Origin: Eledone cirrhosa
Lineage: Eukaryota
DNA length: 64,000 nt
Reading direction: 5' to 3'
Assembly: GCA_964016885.1 (NCBI GenBank)
Contig: OZ024743.1
Location: 332,320,001-332,384,000, forward strand
This document shows positions 28,813 through 51,372 of this stretch, one piece after another (the stretch's first letter is position 1; the number at the start of each line of letters is the position of its first letter). Both the position numbers and the translations under genes were made by a program. The notes under the pieces were generated by a model. It was not told the DNA's origin and did not search any database. It was given only the letters and a program-made list of their open reading frames with translations.

Positions 28813-29160
28813 ATTATTATAATATTGCAGCAGCGGCAAGTAATGATTTCTTCACGCTAGAAATTGTTATATATTTTCTGTAGCTGAATTAACTGTGAAG
28901 CCTAGACTGTTGTTAAAAACTGGACAGACAAATGACAGATTAGTCAGCTGAATATAATGAACAATTATACTTTATGTCTTTACACACACAGCCAATATTT
29001 TCGTCAACTTAATGTAAGACATGTGTATAAAGAAAAAAACATCTCCAGACAGCAAAACAACCTCTATGTAGTCACACGACTGGCTAGAGATAGCAGCTAT
29101 ATGTCCTCTGAATCCCACATGACCGCCTTAAATAAGGAAAAGTAAGGTAGTCCTTCATAT

Positions 29161-30223
29161 GCGGCGAATTGGCAGAGTCGTTAGAACGTCAGATAGAATG
29201 CTTTGAGGTATTCGTTTCGGCTCTCTACTCTCTGAGTTCAAATCCCACCGAGGTCAACATTGCCTTTCGTTCGTTCGACGTCGATAAAAAAGTATCAGTC
29301 AAGTACTGGGGTTAATTCTTCCTCTATACCCCTTTCTCACTTCCATTTTTCCTCTCTGTGTCCTTCTCTGGGAGAAATCTGCTGTATTCAGACCTGGAGA
29401 GGAGATGGGCTCTGCCAGGTTTTAAAAAATGCCATAGAAACGCCGTATTTAAATACGGTGCCCCTACAATTCACTCGGGAGTTATGGGACCATGCGTACA
29501 TGTAGTCTTTCATTCCATTACAAAGACACAGTGGGCATGACCAGATCTCCACTGATCATAGGTAAACTGGATCAGAGTTGACATAAAGTTAAATAAAAAC
29601 AACAATTATGACACAGTATACTCCATTAATCCTTCTAATACCAGCCTGACTGGAACCGCGCTGGATTTTTGATACAGAACTAGTCGTTTAGAAATGTCCA
29701 TACATATATTAAAACTTTACATAAGAATTCTATTTAAGAAATTTGTGTTAAATGTTTCAAACATCAACTTACTAAAGAAAATGTTAATTATCTCGTTGAA
29801 TTCCTCAAATTCTTCAAATTTTATTCATGCACATAGGCAATATGTTTTCATAAGAAATATGGCCACAAAAGGGTTAAAATGTCCATACTATCAGCATGCA
29901 GGCATGGTCCTGTTACTCGTAAGGGGCACCGTATTAACATAGCGCGTTTCTAGGGCACTTTTTTAATCTGGCGGAGCCCATCTCCTCTCCAGGTCTGAAT
30001 ACAGCAGATTTCTTCCAAAGAAGGGTAGGGAGAGTGAAAGACTGGAAGTGAGAAAGAGATATTGAGGAAGAATCGACCCCAGTACTAGACTGGTGCTTTT
30101 TTTATCGACCTGGATTGGATGAAAAACAAAGTTGACCTCGGCGTGATTTGAACTCAGAGAACAGAAAGCCGAAAGGAATACTACAAAGCATCATATCCGA
30201 CATTCTAACGACTCAGCCAATTC
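29161..30223. mobile_element. Inverted pair of composite SINE units around a ~530-bp core
   Basis: Arms ~29161-29430 / 29960-30223; shared agaaatctgctgtattcagacctggagaggagatgggctc and its reverse complement. Confidence 0.75.
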
Positions 30224-30879
30224 AATCACCACTAAAATATACTAAAATATATGTAAGCTCGTGTGAATTAGAATACGGTGGCGATTGAAAATTTTGAAAA
30301 TAGAATTAGATGCTTTCACCATTATTAATTTCAGAAAGTGTCTAATGTTAGCGTATATAAACCTCCATAACACTGATACATAAAAAAAGATGTGACAAAT
30401 GTTCAGCTTCTGAGCTTAGTTTAATAGCTAGAACTTCTACGAACTTCTACAAAGTTCTACTTGCAGCGGAGTTTTAGTGTAAATATTAATTACCAGCGTA
30501 CGCAACAAATGACATAATTTTCCACGGCAAAAATAATAATAGTGTCTTAGTAATTGGTATAGCAGTAGGTAGTGATTATAATAGTGTGTAGAGGAGAGGT
30601 GAGGTGCTAAGAATTTACACAGACTATTGAATGTCTATTTGTAGTACTATAGAATTAAAAATATGTGGTGATATAAGAAATCGTATTTCAATTGCAATTG
30701 GTGCAACTGGCATGATAAACACAACACAATAACATCTGTGAAGACATCAACACAATACTCAGGCATGTTACAGAAAATAGCAATAGGGGAGGTGAAGGTG
30801 GCGGGCATAGCTGTGTGGTTAAGAAGTTCGCTTTGCAACTACATGGTCTCTGTTGAATACCACTCTGCATAGGTCTCTT

Positions 30880-31080
30880 CTTTTTCGCCCACTTATTCCT
30901 GAGAGGGTCGTGGAGGCAGAGTCTTCAAACACTTCTTCCAGCGGGTCCTGTCAGAAGCAACCGTCTCCAACTGATCCAGCTGGATACCCAAGCGAGACCA
31001 GCCAAGCTCATAGATGTTATCCAACCATCTTTCTCGGGGTCTACTCCTGGGTCTCCTGCCGGTTGGTTTTGCCCGTTTTT
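30880..31080 (-). mobile_element. RTE LINE extreme 3' fragment
   Basis: GRRPRSRPRERWLDNI...ASDRTRWKK. Confidence 0.8.
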
Positions 31081-31573
31081 TTTTTCTTCTGTTTTTTGCA
31101 GAGGCCTGTCGTATAAAATGCATATGTTTATGTGTAGACGTAAGTGTGGGCGTGTAGGTGAAAGTATGTGTGTAGGTGTATCTGTCTAATGCCTCTGTAC
31201 AGAGGTCTGTCATATATAATGTATGTGTTTATAGGTACTCTCGGGTCTTGAATAATCGTTCATCCCCACTTATTAATTTTTCAGATTTTTCCAATCCCCT
31301 GCTCTTATCTAATCTATCTACAGCGAACTTTTATTTTAAGTGATAGCATTCCTGCGACAATTAATTTTCTTTGTACATTAAAAAACATTATACATGGCAA
31401 AAAAAAGTATTGTACATTACTAGAAATCTCATACGTTATAAAATAAATAGGGTGGGTTGGAGTCTCAATATGTAAAGTAAACGACTAATCGGTGTATGTG
31501 ATCCAGAGAGAGAGATGGGGAGTGTGTGTGTTGATGGACGAACCTATTCTACACCGGTATAATATATATATAT

Positions 31574-31922
31574 GGTATAAACGTTTGTATATGTATAATA
31601 AAGCCAAAACAATGCAGGTATGGACATAGAATAAAGAATGCAAATGCAAAAGATATTGTTGACAATTAGTCTTTTACCTTAGATTTATTTAAATGTCCTT
31701 AAACGGTTTATTTAAATGTCCTTAAGCGGTTAAACCAGTAACACTGGTTTAACCGCTTTACTTCCCTCCGAAGAAGAGATATTATCTTGAAAATTAAGGA
31801 CATTTAAATAAATCTAAGGTAAAAGACTAATTGTCAACAATATCTTTTGCATTTGCATTCTTTATTCTATGTCCATACCTGCATTGTTTTGGCTTTATTA
31901 TACATATACAAACGTTTATACC
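31574..31922. mobile_element. Fold-back element with an internal hairpin
   Basis: ~128-bp arms 31574-31701 / 31794-31922; inner hairpin aagcggttaaaccagt-aac-actggtttaaccgctt; decayed hammerhead-like text at 31765-31800. Confidence 0.8.
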
Positions 31923-31971
31923 TCATTACACAATGCTTCAAGTGAACTATAACCTCCTCCATATATATATA

Positions 31972-32148
31972 TAAGGTTTCCCTTTCAAAAAATTGTTTTT
32001 CTTCTTGCCTTGTTTTCGTTTGTTATCCTCTCTTTGTTTATTTTCCTAATATATATATATATATATATAATTAGGAAAATAAACAAAGAGAGGATAACAA
32101 ACGAAAACAAGGCAAGAAGAAAAACAATTTTTTGAAAGGGAAACCTTA
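31972..32148. repeat. Palindrome with a (TA)n centre
   Basis: ~78-bp inverted arms around (TA)n at 32049-32069. Confidence 0.9.
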
Positions 32149-32790
32149 AAAAATGACAAACAAAAGACACAGAACTCCAAGGTTTTCAGTCGTCGAGATG
32201 GACCTTTTTGGTAGTTTCAGCCCCTACCGATGGTACTTCTGGTCCACTCGGGGTCACAGCATCTGATACAAGCCAAAGCGCTGTCCGTGGAGTAAAAGAC
32301 AAGACAGAACAAAATCTTACAGCGATTAAACCATAACACCTACACAGAATTTTATGTGACGACTTCGGCGACGGTATTGTGCTTTTTATAGCAATGTAGT
32401 CTCGTAAAAAAAGGAGGGAAAGAAAGAAAACAAAAAGATAAAGGCAAGAAGAAAGTAAGATATGGTGTTAAAAATGTATTCCATTGAAGTTATTGGGGGA
32501 GAAAGAACACATTTGTCACAGATTAGTAATAAACAATTAGGAAAATAAACAAAGAGAGGACATTGTGTGTGTGTTGATAGACATGTCCATTCTCCATCGG
32601 TATATGTGGTCCACTTTTTTGTCAATGTGCTTTAAGGTGGAACGAGACAACTCTAAAGCGAAATATGTCTGTGTCTATGAGGGTTAATGGATGAGTCCAT
32701 TGGTGTATGTGATCCGCTTTGTTGTCTGACAATACAAATATACCTGACTGAGAAAGAAAAACCCGTTTTCTTTCATTATTTTCACCTACC

Positions 32791-33400
32791 AGAGCGGTGG
32801 ATTGGCAGTATCGGTAGAGGGTCGGACGCCGTGCTTTGCAGCATAGAGTTACGGCCCTTTATGATCTGAGTTCAAATCCCGCTGAGGTTAACTTTGCCTT
32901 TCATCCTTACGGGGTCGATAAAATAAAGTACCAGTCACGTACTGGGGTCGATTTAATCTTCTTTCCCCTCCCCCAAAATTGCAGGCCTTGTGCCTCTATA
33001 AGAAACTATTATTTTCACCTACCCATTATAGGAAGGCTGTGAAATTTCAGAATCGGTAGAGCGTTGGACAACATGCCTTGCAGCATTTAGTTGCGTCTCT
33101 TTACGTCCTGAGTTCAAATCTCTCCGAAGTTAGCTTTGCCTTTCATCCCTACTAGGTCGATAAAATAAAGTACCAGTAACGCACTGGGGTCGATTTGATC
33201 GACTCCCCCTCCCCCAAATTGTTGACCTTGTGCCTAAATCAGCAACCATTCTTATATGACGGTGGATTGGCAGAATCGGTAGAGCGTTGGTCAAAATTCT
33301 TTACGGTATTTATTCCAAGTATTTACGCTCTCGGTTCAAATTTTACCGAGGTCAACTTAGCTTTTCATCATTCAATGGTGTATAAGACAATGTACCAGTT
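32791..33400 (+). mobile_element. Three tandem family-A SINEs
   Basis: Core motifs; duplication ttattttcacctacc around the first copy. Confidence 0.88.
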
Positions 33401-34089
33401 AAACACTATTTACAAAACGTTGAATATATTTTCCATTGTGATGTGTAAGATGTTTGTAAGATCGAGAAAACCAAACGAGTATGAAGGTTCATCTACAGAT
33501 ACCTAGTTATCTAACGACAGCAACAGTTGACTGATACTGTCATTATTGTGATTGTTTCTCCACATAACCTCAAGGAGATTAATTCCATCCCATCTTTATT
33601 AACATAGTGTATCTAGGATTACATTATAAAATTGTGTTATTTGAGGAAGATTTTGCTGCTATTTCTAGCAGGTTGAGTAACACTGTAGATCCGTCTTATT
33701 ACTGTTAGTGTTGTTGTTGTTGTTAGCATGCTAGTCAGCTTTACTAACTTAGTCAACAATGTTATTGTTGTTGTTGATGATGATGATGATGATGATGATG
33801 TGGTACACAGTCTGTTGTTGTTACTGTTACTGTTACTGGATATATTAATGTTAGAGGCTAATATTATATATATTTCATCCTCTTCTAGTAAAGCCAGTTA
33901 AGGGGCCACTCTGTCGACATCTACCCCTACCACTCCATCCATCTATCCATCCATGGGCTCTCTACTTCTAATTGAATCGTATAGGCACTGTTATGACAGC
34001 GTGTCATGGGCATTTAAACCTAGCGTACCCCATACCTCTCCAGTTCGAAACCCAGTAGGTTTCTACTAAAGAAAGAAAGAGAATCAATT

Positions 34090-36397
34090 CTTCCGTAGTT
34101 GACTGGTACTTTATTTATCTACCTCGTAAGAATGAAAAGGCAGGTTGACTTCAGCAGGACTTGAACTCGGGGTGTAGAGAACCAGAAAGAATACTACTAA
34201 ACATTCTTAAAACACTCATAAAATGTTTAAAATAGTCTTTGCAAATCCTTCTCTGACTCCAAGAATATCGACCGCTGGGTCATGGTTACCTGTGTCAAGA
34301 ATTATACAGTTCTAAAATGTCCTTAAACCTTGACCCAATCAAAAATGTCTCAGATTATATAATTGTTTCTACTTTAGGCACAAGGCCAGAAATTATCCCA
34401 GTGTATTACTGGTACTTTATTTTATCGACCCCGAAAGGATGAAAGGCAAAGTTAACCTCGGCGGGATTTGAACTCAGACCGTAAAGGTATCATAACTCTA
34501 TGCTGCAAAGTATGGTGTCTAACGCTCTACCGATACTGCCAATCCACTTATAATACCAAACAATTCGCTTTGAGGTTTTCATTTTGAAATTAAAACCTGC
34601 CTTCATAATTTTATGCAAGACATTTTCTTAAGTAATGTTCCAAACACTAGCATAATAATGGTTTCTGATTTAGGCACAAGGCCAGCAATTTGAAGGGGAG
34701 GGGAAAGTCGATTAAATCGACCCCAGTGCGTGACTGGTACTTTATTTTATCGACCCCGTAAGGATGAAAGACAAAGTTAACCTCGGCGGGATTTGAACTC
34801 AGAGCGTAAAGGGCCGTAACTATATGCCACAAAGCATGTCGTCCGATGCCCTACCGATACTACTGCCAATCCACCACCCTACACACTAGCTTAATAATGA
34901 CAAAGTTAAACTATATTACTAAATTCCTTCAAATTCTTCATTATTTTCCAAATATAACGAAACACGTTGGTTATGTATTTCGTGAATAATATTGTAAGAA
35001 AAGGGTTAAATGGTCGTCAATAAAAGTAATAAATATGGACGATGGCGTATACAGGATATAAAGAGATAGAACCTGAGGGTAAATAAAGTAAGTGGGAAGG
35101 ATTTAATAAGTATTACATGATGGAAAGAAGAGAGAAAAGAAGAGAGGGAAAACTTCATCGTGAACTGGAAAGATTGAATAAAATCATATTTAGTGGGAAA
35201 TATGTTGAAGAATAATGCATTTCATTGAACATATTGAAGACAAGTTAATTCAAATGACTTGAAGTAGTTGGGATTTAAAAAATAAAAGTAAAGGTACAGC
35301 ATAATAGTGTCTGATCTAGGCACAAGGCCAACAATTTGGGGAGAAAGGAAAGTCGATTAAGTCGCCTCCAGTACATTATTGGTACTTTATTTTATTGATC
35401 CCGTAAGGATGAAAAGCAAAGCTAACCTCGGCGGAATTTGAACTCAGAACTCAGAAAATACAGGGACGTAGCTATATGCCGCAAAGCATGTTGTCCGACG
35501 CTCTAACGACTCTGCCAATCCAATACTCTATCTTCAATAATAATTGTTTCTTCTTTGGGAACAAGGCCAGCAATAACCCCAGTGCATTACTGGTACTTTA
35601 TGTTATCGACCCCGTAAGGATGAAAGGCAAAAAAAACCCCAAAAACTTCGGCGGGATTTGAACTCAGACCGTAAAGGGGCGTAACTCTATACTGCATAGA
35701 ATGGTGTCCGACTCTACCGATACTGTCAATCCACCGCCTTCAATGATAATAATTGTTTCTACTTTTGGCACAAGGCCAGCAATTACCCAGTACTTTATTT
35801 TATCGACCCCGAAAGGATGAAAAGCAAAGTTAACCTTGGCGGGATTTGAACTCAGAATGGAAAGGGCCGTAACTCTATGCGTCAAAGCATGGCGTCCGAC
35901 ACGCTACCTATACTGCCAATCCACAATAATGGTTTCTGACTTGGGCAAATGGCCAACAAATTGGGAGAGGGTAAAGTTTATTAAATCGACCCAAGTGTGT
36001 TACTGGTACTTTATTTTATCAACCCCGTAAAGATGAAAGGCAAAGATAACCTCGGCGGGATTTGAACTCAGAACGTAAAGGGACATAACTCTATGCTGCA
36101 AAGCATGTTGTAAAAGTACAACATAATGATAACTGGAGTGTGAAGTTAACTACGATGTATAATGGAAATACTGTGAAGGTGGGTGGCCTTGAACAAGACC
36201 CTTTATTTTTACGTCGTTCCAGCCTATTCAGCTGGCAAAAATGAGTTGCACTTCTAATTCAAATGTTCTGTTTTGTTATACACAGTTACAGGCTGAATTT
36301 CCCTGACAATTATGTTAAGAGTACACGTGTCTGTGGAATCCTTAGTCACTTGCACGTTAGTTCCACGAGCAAATTGTTCTGTTGTTTAAATAGCTAG

Positions 36398-36478
<81 letters not shown>

Positions 36479-36820
36479 AATGGAAACATTGCCAAGATAC
36501 AATTCCCGGTAGAATACAATGTAAAGTGACAATGAAAGCAAATGTTTCATCAGACTTCCATCGGATTACATTTCATATGAGCTTTCTTGTGTGTTTTTAA
36601 TGATAGGGGCCCCAGGACTTTCCTGTCGTGATTTTTTTATGATGATAGGAAGCGGCAAGGATTTGAACTGAGAACAGAAAGAGCCGGAGTAGATACCACA
36701 AGAGGCATTTAATCCGACGCTCTACCAATTTCACCCATCCACCGCCATGGACTGGTACTTTATTTATCAACCCTGAAAGGATGAGAGGCAGCGTTTACTT
36801 TGGTTAGATTTGAACTCACG
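34090..36820 (-). mobile_element. Cluster of about 9 family-A SINE copies or fragments, all on the minus strand
   Basis: Repeated ggtactttattttatcgacccc...aggatgaaaggcaaagttaacctcggcgggatttgaactcag. Confidence 0.88.
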
Positions 36821-37428
36821 AAAAATATACCCAGTATATTCTGCAAGGTGATTGGTGGTAGGAAGCGTACCCATCTGCAGAAACCAAACAAAAGGCCAGG
36901 AGGACTCGTCTGCTGTGTCGAAGATATGACAACTTCTTTTGAGTTGGCGTCACGATAAAATGCTCTCGGTGCACTTTGTAAAATGTGGGTAGATATGTAA
37001 GCGAGAAGCGGGCCTCTAGCTGGTCTGCGATGTAGCTACGATTAACTACTCGACTTGGCCTGTGACGGACGACCCGTCCAACTCTTGCGTGCAGCAAAAA
37101 CAGACGTTAAATGACGGTGATGGTGGAGGTGGTGGTGGTGGTGTGGTGGTGATGGTGGTGGTGGTGACGACTACGATGGTGGTGGTGATAATGATGATGA
37201 TGACGGTGATGATGAGGATGATGGTGATGATGATGAGGATTATGACGATGATGATGATAGAAGAGAACCAGACGAAATACTGACACAAATCATTTAACTC
37301 AAGGCGTTAAAGGCTCTACCAATTCGCAGTCCTTTAATCAGAGCTAACCCTAAAAGGTTAATAGCTTTGATTTTATAAAATCAACAAATATTTATTACAA
37401 TTGATGTCTGAACGAGTATCCTCCACCT

Positions 37429-37521
37429 CCAACTAACTTACCCTCCGCCTCTGGGTCCCGGCCGACAGGATGGAGAATACATTGCCCCGGACTACAGCGA
37501 GGGAGACACGCTGGTACAGTC
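37429..37521 (-). ncRNA. Candidate HDV-like ribozyme fold (probably inactive)
   Basis: P1 gactgta/tgtagtc, P2 ccagc/gttgg, P3 gtg/cgc with 7-nt loop tctccct, then ggggcaa, P4 attctcc/ggagggt; J4/2 reads agtta and lacks the catalytic C. Confidence 0.4.
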
Positions 37522-37818
37522 ACTCCACCTTGTGAGGCTCACACCTACGAGCGGATAACTCCGCTCTGGTAACTAGTATAATATCTACACACTATAGGAT
37601 GTCTTCGAAGATTTTCTGCATTGAAAAGCTTGAAACTTAAAGAAACAGCAAATGATATAAGAAATGCGAATATCTTTTGCCTTTTATTGTACTGAAGGAG
37701 GAAAGAAATGATAGGAGTATATGAAATAAGGAAGGGGTTAACAATGAGAATGGCTGAAATATTAACAACCAACTGACCGATCATAATAGTCTACGATGTG
37801 TGTGTGTATATACATTTA

Positions 37819-37856
<38 letters not shown>

Positions 37857-37868
37857 TGTATTTGTGTG

Positions 37869-37915
<47 letters not shown>

Positions 37916-37974
37916 ACATGTGTGTATATATGTATATATATATAAATGTGTGTGTGTATATATATATAATATAA

Positions 37975-38495
37975 CTACTGGTAACATGTATGCCAGTACA
38001 ACCTGTCTCATGGTCGGGTCGTTGGCGACTAAACTGGCAACCCCTACCAAGGTTTCTTGGTGAGGAGGGTGACTTTGGACATCCCGCAGGACTAAAAGCA
38101 AAACCTATCAAAGGGCAAATGAGCTCTTAAGAGTCAATGGCCATCCAAAATCATCGGGAGAGATGACCCCTTAGCCTTTGTCAAGGCAGAATTCTAGGAG
38201 AAGGAAAACTCTGATATAACACCTGCAACCCTGATGGTATCCAATGATGTTGACTTTTTCTTCTTTTTGGTAAATATCATCTTGGTTAAGAGAGTGGGAC
38301 TGGCTTTGTGCAGTGCCTTTGTTCACTATAAAAGCTTCACGACACAGGCATTGCTTTATATCTGGAGATCTCTCTACACTTGTCGTCACATGGTACCAGC
38401 ACTATGTGTCAATAATTGTCACAAGTGTAGTGTTTGTACCAGAGTTTTCAAGTCGCTGGCTGGACTAAAAAGTCACACTCGTTCAGCGCATCGGA
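37975..38495 (+). mobile_element. Bipartite RTE-like element copy (opposite orientation)
   Basis: Reverse complement of ~2180-2705; ORF 38234-38506 ends HKCSVCTRVFKSLAGLKSHTRSAH. Confidence 0.8.
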
Positions 38496-38499
38496 AGAA

Positions 38500-42808
<4,309 letters not shown>

Positions 42809-43594
42809 AAGGCTAATGATACTAATTGATGTTGGTGTGCTGTATCATTAAATTGTCACATTACAGAGAGAAAGGAGAAGGAAACTGCCAAGAAGAGAAC
42901 CGTCAGCTAGTAAGCAATATTCCTCTAAAGATATATTTATATGTATATATGTGTCAATGCCAAGATGGTTTTTGCACTGTAGTGGCTGCACTTCTGGGTA
43001 TGTTAACCATTTTATCTCTACAAAACTTCAGATCCATACAAATATAATGGCGAAAATAGAAAGGCAGTTCCGAATACTCGGAGTATAGAGAAGTTCTAAA
43101 TATCGGAGTATAAAAGTTCCGAATACTCGGAGTAAACTGCAGTTCCAAATGTTGCCTCTCTTTGAGATCAAAAATTATTGCAAAGAATATACTGCTTGCT
43201 AAGTGGAAATACTCGACAAATTCGACTAATTTGCAACCCCCTTATTTTGATTTACATACTTCCGTAATATCTTTTTTTCGCTTTCCATACTTACATAATA
43301 CAATACATCTTCTATACTACTCTACTCCAAAAGTTAATAAATATTGCCATCTCTATATTACATTCGACCACATAATACTACACTTCTGCTATAGCCTACG
43401 AACACTAACACGTGTACGATCTCGCTTTTCAAATTTACATCTTGGAGTTATTCCCCTTTGTTATGCTACGTTTTTCGTAAACTACCGTTTTTAGCACACA
43501 TTACTTTTAACGGTATCTTATAAACACGTATAAGCGCCTGTAGATTTGGTCAAAATTTTGATATCCCTTACATTTTATATTATATATAAATGTA

Positions 43595-43770
43595 TGTATG
43601 TACGTATGTATAAAGAAAAAACGATCAAGTTTCGTTTACATGTATTTAGTTGTTGTTTTTTTTATTGTATATCGACCTGTTGTGCACGTTTCGCAGAGGA
43701 TTGGCTCAGAGTCACCTATAGAAGTTATGGACTCAACTCATTATCGATCTGTTCCTCAGACTTGCGATTA
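43595..43770. repeat. Dispersed repeat, inverted homolog of 56720-56890
   Basis: gcacgtttcgcagaggatt...ctcagagtcac...gaagttatggactcaactc and its reverse complement. Confidence 0.8.
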
Positions 43771-43914
43771 ATATTCAATATTGGGCCTTGAAACCTTAGG
43801 TAGTAACTTTGTTCCGACTATGAGCATAAATAAATAATATATTTCAGCTTTCTTCCTGAATGAGCACTGTTTTCCTTTTTCTTTTTTCACCCATACGGAT
43901 ATTGCTACATAAAC

Positions 43915-44057
<143 letters not shown>

Positions 44058-44418
44058 GCTTTGGTACTATTCACAAACATATCGAAATATGATTACTCAT
44101 CGAGATGTAGCGAATTCACCACACACCTATACACTTGTCATGCGCAGGACACGTAATTTATTCATATATTCACATGCCAAAATAGGGGATGTTTTCATGT
44201 CTTTGGTATCATATGTGTAAAACACACATTAGGCAAGAAAGGCAGTCGTTCATAATAGAGTTTTAGGGGAGATAAATAAATGAATAGTCTTATTTTTTTT
44301 ATCATGTGACCATCTAGGGGTGGTAGATGGGCTAGTCCTCAATATACAAATGTCTGCAAAAATTTACTTTATATATATATGTGTGTATGTGTGTGTGTGT
44401 GTGTGTGTGTGCGTGCGC

Positions 44419-44481
<63 letters not shown>

Positions 44482-44950
44482 CAGTGTTTGAGTATATGTG
44501 TAACCCAAACACGCAAGTACGTAAAGACATACACAAGTTTATATCTGTTTAAATGAGATGACCTACATACATGAGTGTGTGTGTATGTGTGTGTGCAAGA
44601 AAACTACACGTAGAAATGCACAGAGATGCATATTTTAAAATTCTCATTTTTTAATCAGACTAAAAAAACAATCTTTTCCATATAAAACGTGAAACTAATA
44701 AATTTTGGGGCATCTGTTTCGTCGTTTCCTTGAACTATATATATATATGAGAGAAAAACCACAGACCCTCCATCTCAACTCTACTTTTGAAAAGCAGAAG
44801 AAGTGCGAAACTGGTAAAGGAACCAAATAAATATATATATATTTTTTTAAATAAGACTCCAGTTGCATTTTCGATTTCATCTTTTTTTCTTTATACTTTC
44901 ACTTGTATAGGACACCTCGGTTATTTTTCATTTTGTAAAAAAAAACTCCC

Positions 44951-45044
<94 letters not shown>

Positions 45045-45049
45045 ATGTA

Positions 45050-45190
<141 letters not shown>

Positions 45191-45211
45191 GTATATATAT
45201 ATGTATATATG

Positions 45212-45343
<132 letters not shown>

Positions 45344-45515
45344 GTAATAATAAAAAATTTGAAGACTAAAATCCAAAGAGGGCTTGATAAAGATAAATAT
45401 ATATCAGATATATAAGAACCGCGGAGCAAATATTTATTAAAATAACAGATTAAAGTTTAAGCAAAAAATCGCTGCTTTCACCCTTAACGGGATCTTTAAT
45501 CTGTTATTTTAATAA

Positions 45516-45630
<115 letters not shown>

Positions 45631-45844
45631 AATATATATGAATATATATATATACATATATATATGTATACATATATATATATACATATATACATATATA
45701 CATGGTTTTGGGCTGCCCTTTCTAGCAGCCCGTCCCTCAGACACCACTGGTTCCCTGCCCTAAACACGCTGTGACTTCTCTCTCCCACGTGTAGCTGGAC
45801 AGTCGCTTTAAATTCTCTTAGAGTTGTCTGAAATGTATAGCCTT

Positions 45845-45926
45845 ACACACGCTGATGAACCATGGGCTATTTATTTCTGTCAACAAATTATTGGCGAAAC
45901 AGATCTCTTTGAATTTGTACGTGTGT
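45845..45926 (+). ncRNA. Type-I hammerhead ribozyme
   Basis: acacacg-CTGATGA-acca...tggc-GAAA-cagat-ctctttga-atttg-TA-cgtgtgt. Confidence 0.82.
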
Positions 45927-46174
45927 GTTATATAGTTATAGAGGTTTGTATATACACTTTAATTTATATTTTTAATTACCGTGTGTCTACCCTGCCTTTC
46001 ATAGGTTATAGATTCCATACACTGGTGGTTTTTCCCTGTTTTATTGATGGCGCACTATCTCTCTCTAGTGTTTTACCTTTTCAACATATTGTATTTTAAC
46101 GACCTCAGGATTCTTTCTCCTTTGAGCATATTATTGACAGGGAATAGCGAGAGTCTGTGGCTCCGTTTATCTAT

Positions 46175-46339
<165 letters not shown>

Positions 46340-46343
46340 ATGT

Positions 46344-46401
<58 letters not shown>

Positions 46402-46439
46402 TATGTATATATATATATAATAATAATAATAAAAATGAC

Positions 46440-49790
<3,351 letters not shown>

Positions 49791-49797
<7 letters not shown>

Positions 49798-50232
49798 ATA
49801 CTTTGGGAGGGTCATGTTGCCAATAAGAAACACACGCACCAGTTGCTTTCACTTCAATTTATTATATATTTATAAATTTACAAATTTATAAATTTATAAA
49901 TTTCTGGTTGGTTGGTTGGTTCCACAACCAGATAGTTGTTTATATATAGTCATAGTCCTTTCGTCACACACTCTGTGACCTCTTCAGTGACTGGGGATTC
50001 CTTTCTTTGTTTCAGAGTGTGTGACGAAAGGACTATGACTATATATAAACAACTATCTGGTTGTGGAACCAACCAACCAACCAGAAATTTATAAATTTAT
50101 AAATTTGTAAATTAATAAATATATAATAAATTGAAGTGAAAGCAACTGGTGCGTGTGTTTCTTATTGGCAACATGACCCTCCCAAAGTATAACAATATCG
50201 GTTTCAACACACGATTTCAGATAAAGAATCTT
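49791..50232. mobile_element. Fold-back of the 3' terminal repeat of the 18690-20370 PLE family
   Basis: Arms 49791-49975 / 50013-50197; agtca-CTGAAGA-ggtcaca-gagtg-tgtgac-GAAA-ggac-TA-tgact on the - strand at 49948-49992; diverged copy at 58640-58820. Confidence 0.88.
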
Positions 50233-50250
50233 GCTAAACAAATTCCGAAA

Positions 50251-50340
<90 letters not shown>

Positions 50341-50400
50341 ATATATATATATGTATATATGTATATATGTATATATGTATATATATATGTATATATGTAA

Positions 50401-50444
<44 letters not shown>

Positions 50445-50471
50445 ATGTATATATGTATATATATATATGTA

Positions 50472-50553
<82 letters not shown>

Positions 50554-50709
50554 CACACACACGTATATATGGCATGTTACTGTACATTCAGATATATAAT
50601 ATATTTGGTTAATATCCACATGTCTACTACAGAAGCCTATTAATCAGCGCAGTGCAATATGTCTGTGTACGTGTGTATGTGTGTATGTATGTATGTGTGA
50701 GTGTGTGTT

Positions 50710-50769
<60 letters not shown>

Positions 50770-51029
50770 AGTATGTGTGTGTGTCTGTTTATATATGTGT
50801 GCGTGACTCTCTCTCTCTCTCTCTTTATGTGTTTGTTGTGTGTGCGTGTATTTGTTTGACTTCACACTTGCAACATTTAATTTGTTCTTATGTCTGTGAT
50901 AATCTGGTTGTATTAGCAGTGAGGACTAGATAGATGTCTGCCAAAGGAAATTCTAGACTTACATGTTATTGTTTACACTAACGCTGTCAATCACACGTTG
51001 TTCTGTCATATCTGATTGAAATGTCGTCA

Positions 51030-51190
51030 GAGTATTGCCAAGAGATATATGCTTGCTTCGTAGACTTCGAAAAGGTATACAATCGCGTTCCACGAGATTT
51101 GCTGTGGAAGGTTTCTGTAGGAATATAGGATCTATAGACTGCTTCTTATTGCCCTAATGTTGTTGTGTTCGGATAAATGAGGTTAAACGG
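51030..51190 (+). mobile_element. Short RTE-type RT fragment
   Basis: Manual translation IYACFVDFEKVYNRVPRDLLWKV. Confidence 0.7.
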
Positions 51191-51372
51191 ATTTTTTTTC
51201 TCCTTTTTGAAACATCAAACCAACCCTCTAACCATGTTTGTCAGCCTGTGAGTAGTGTCTGTGTCCAGGAGGTCTGAAAAGTGTGTGGCTTAGGGGTTAA
51301 GGCGTTCGGCAAACGATCATAAGAGCGTGTGTTCGATTCCCGACAGCATTTTGTGTCATTAAGCAAGGCACT

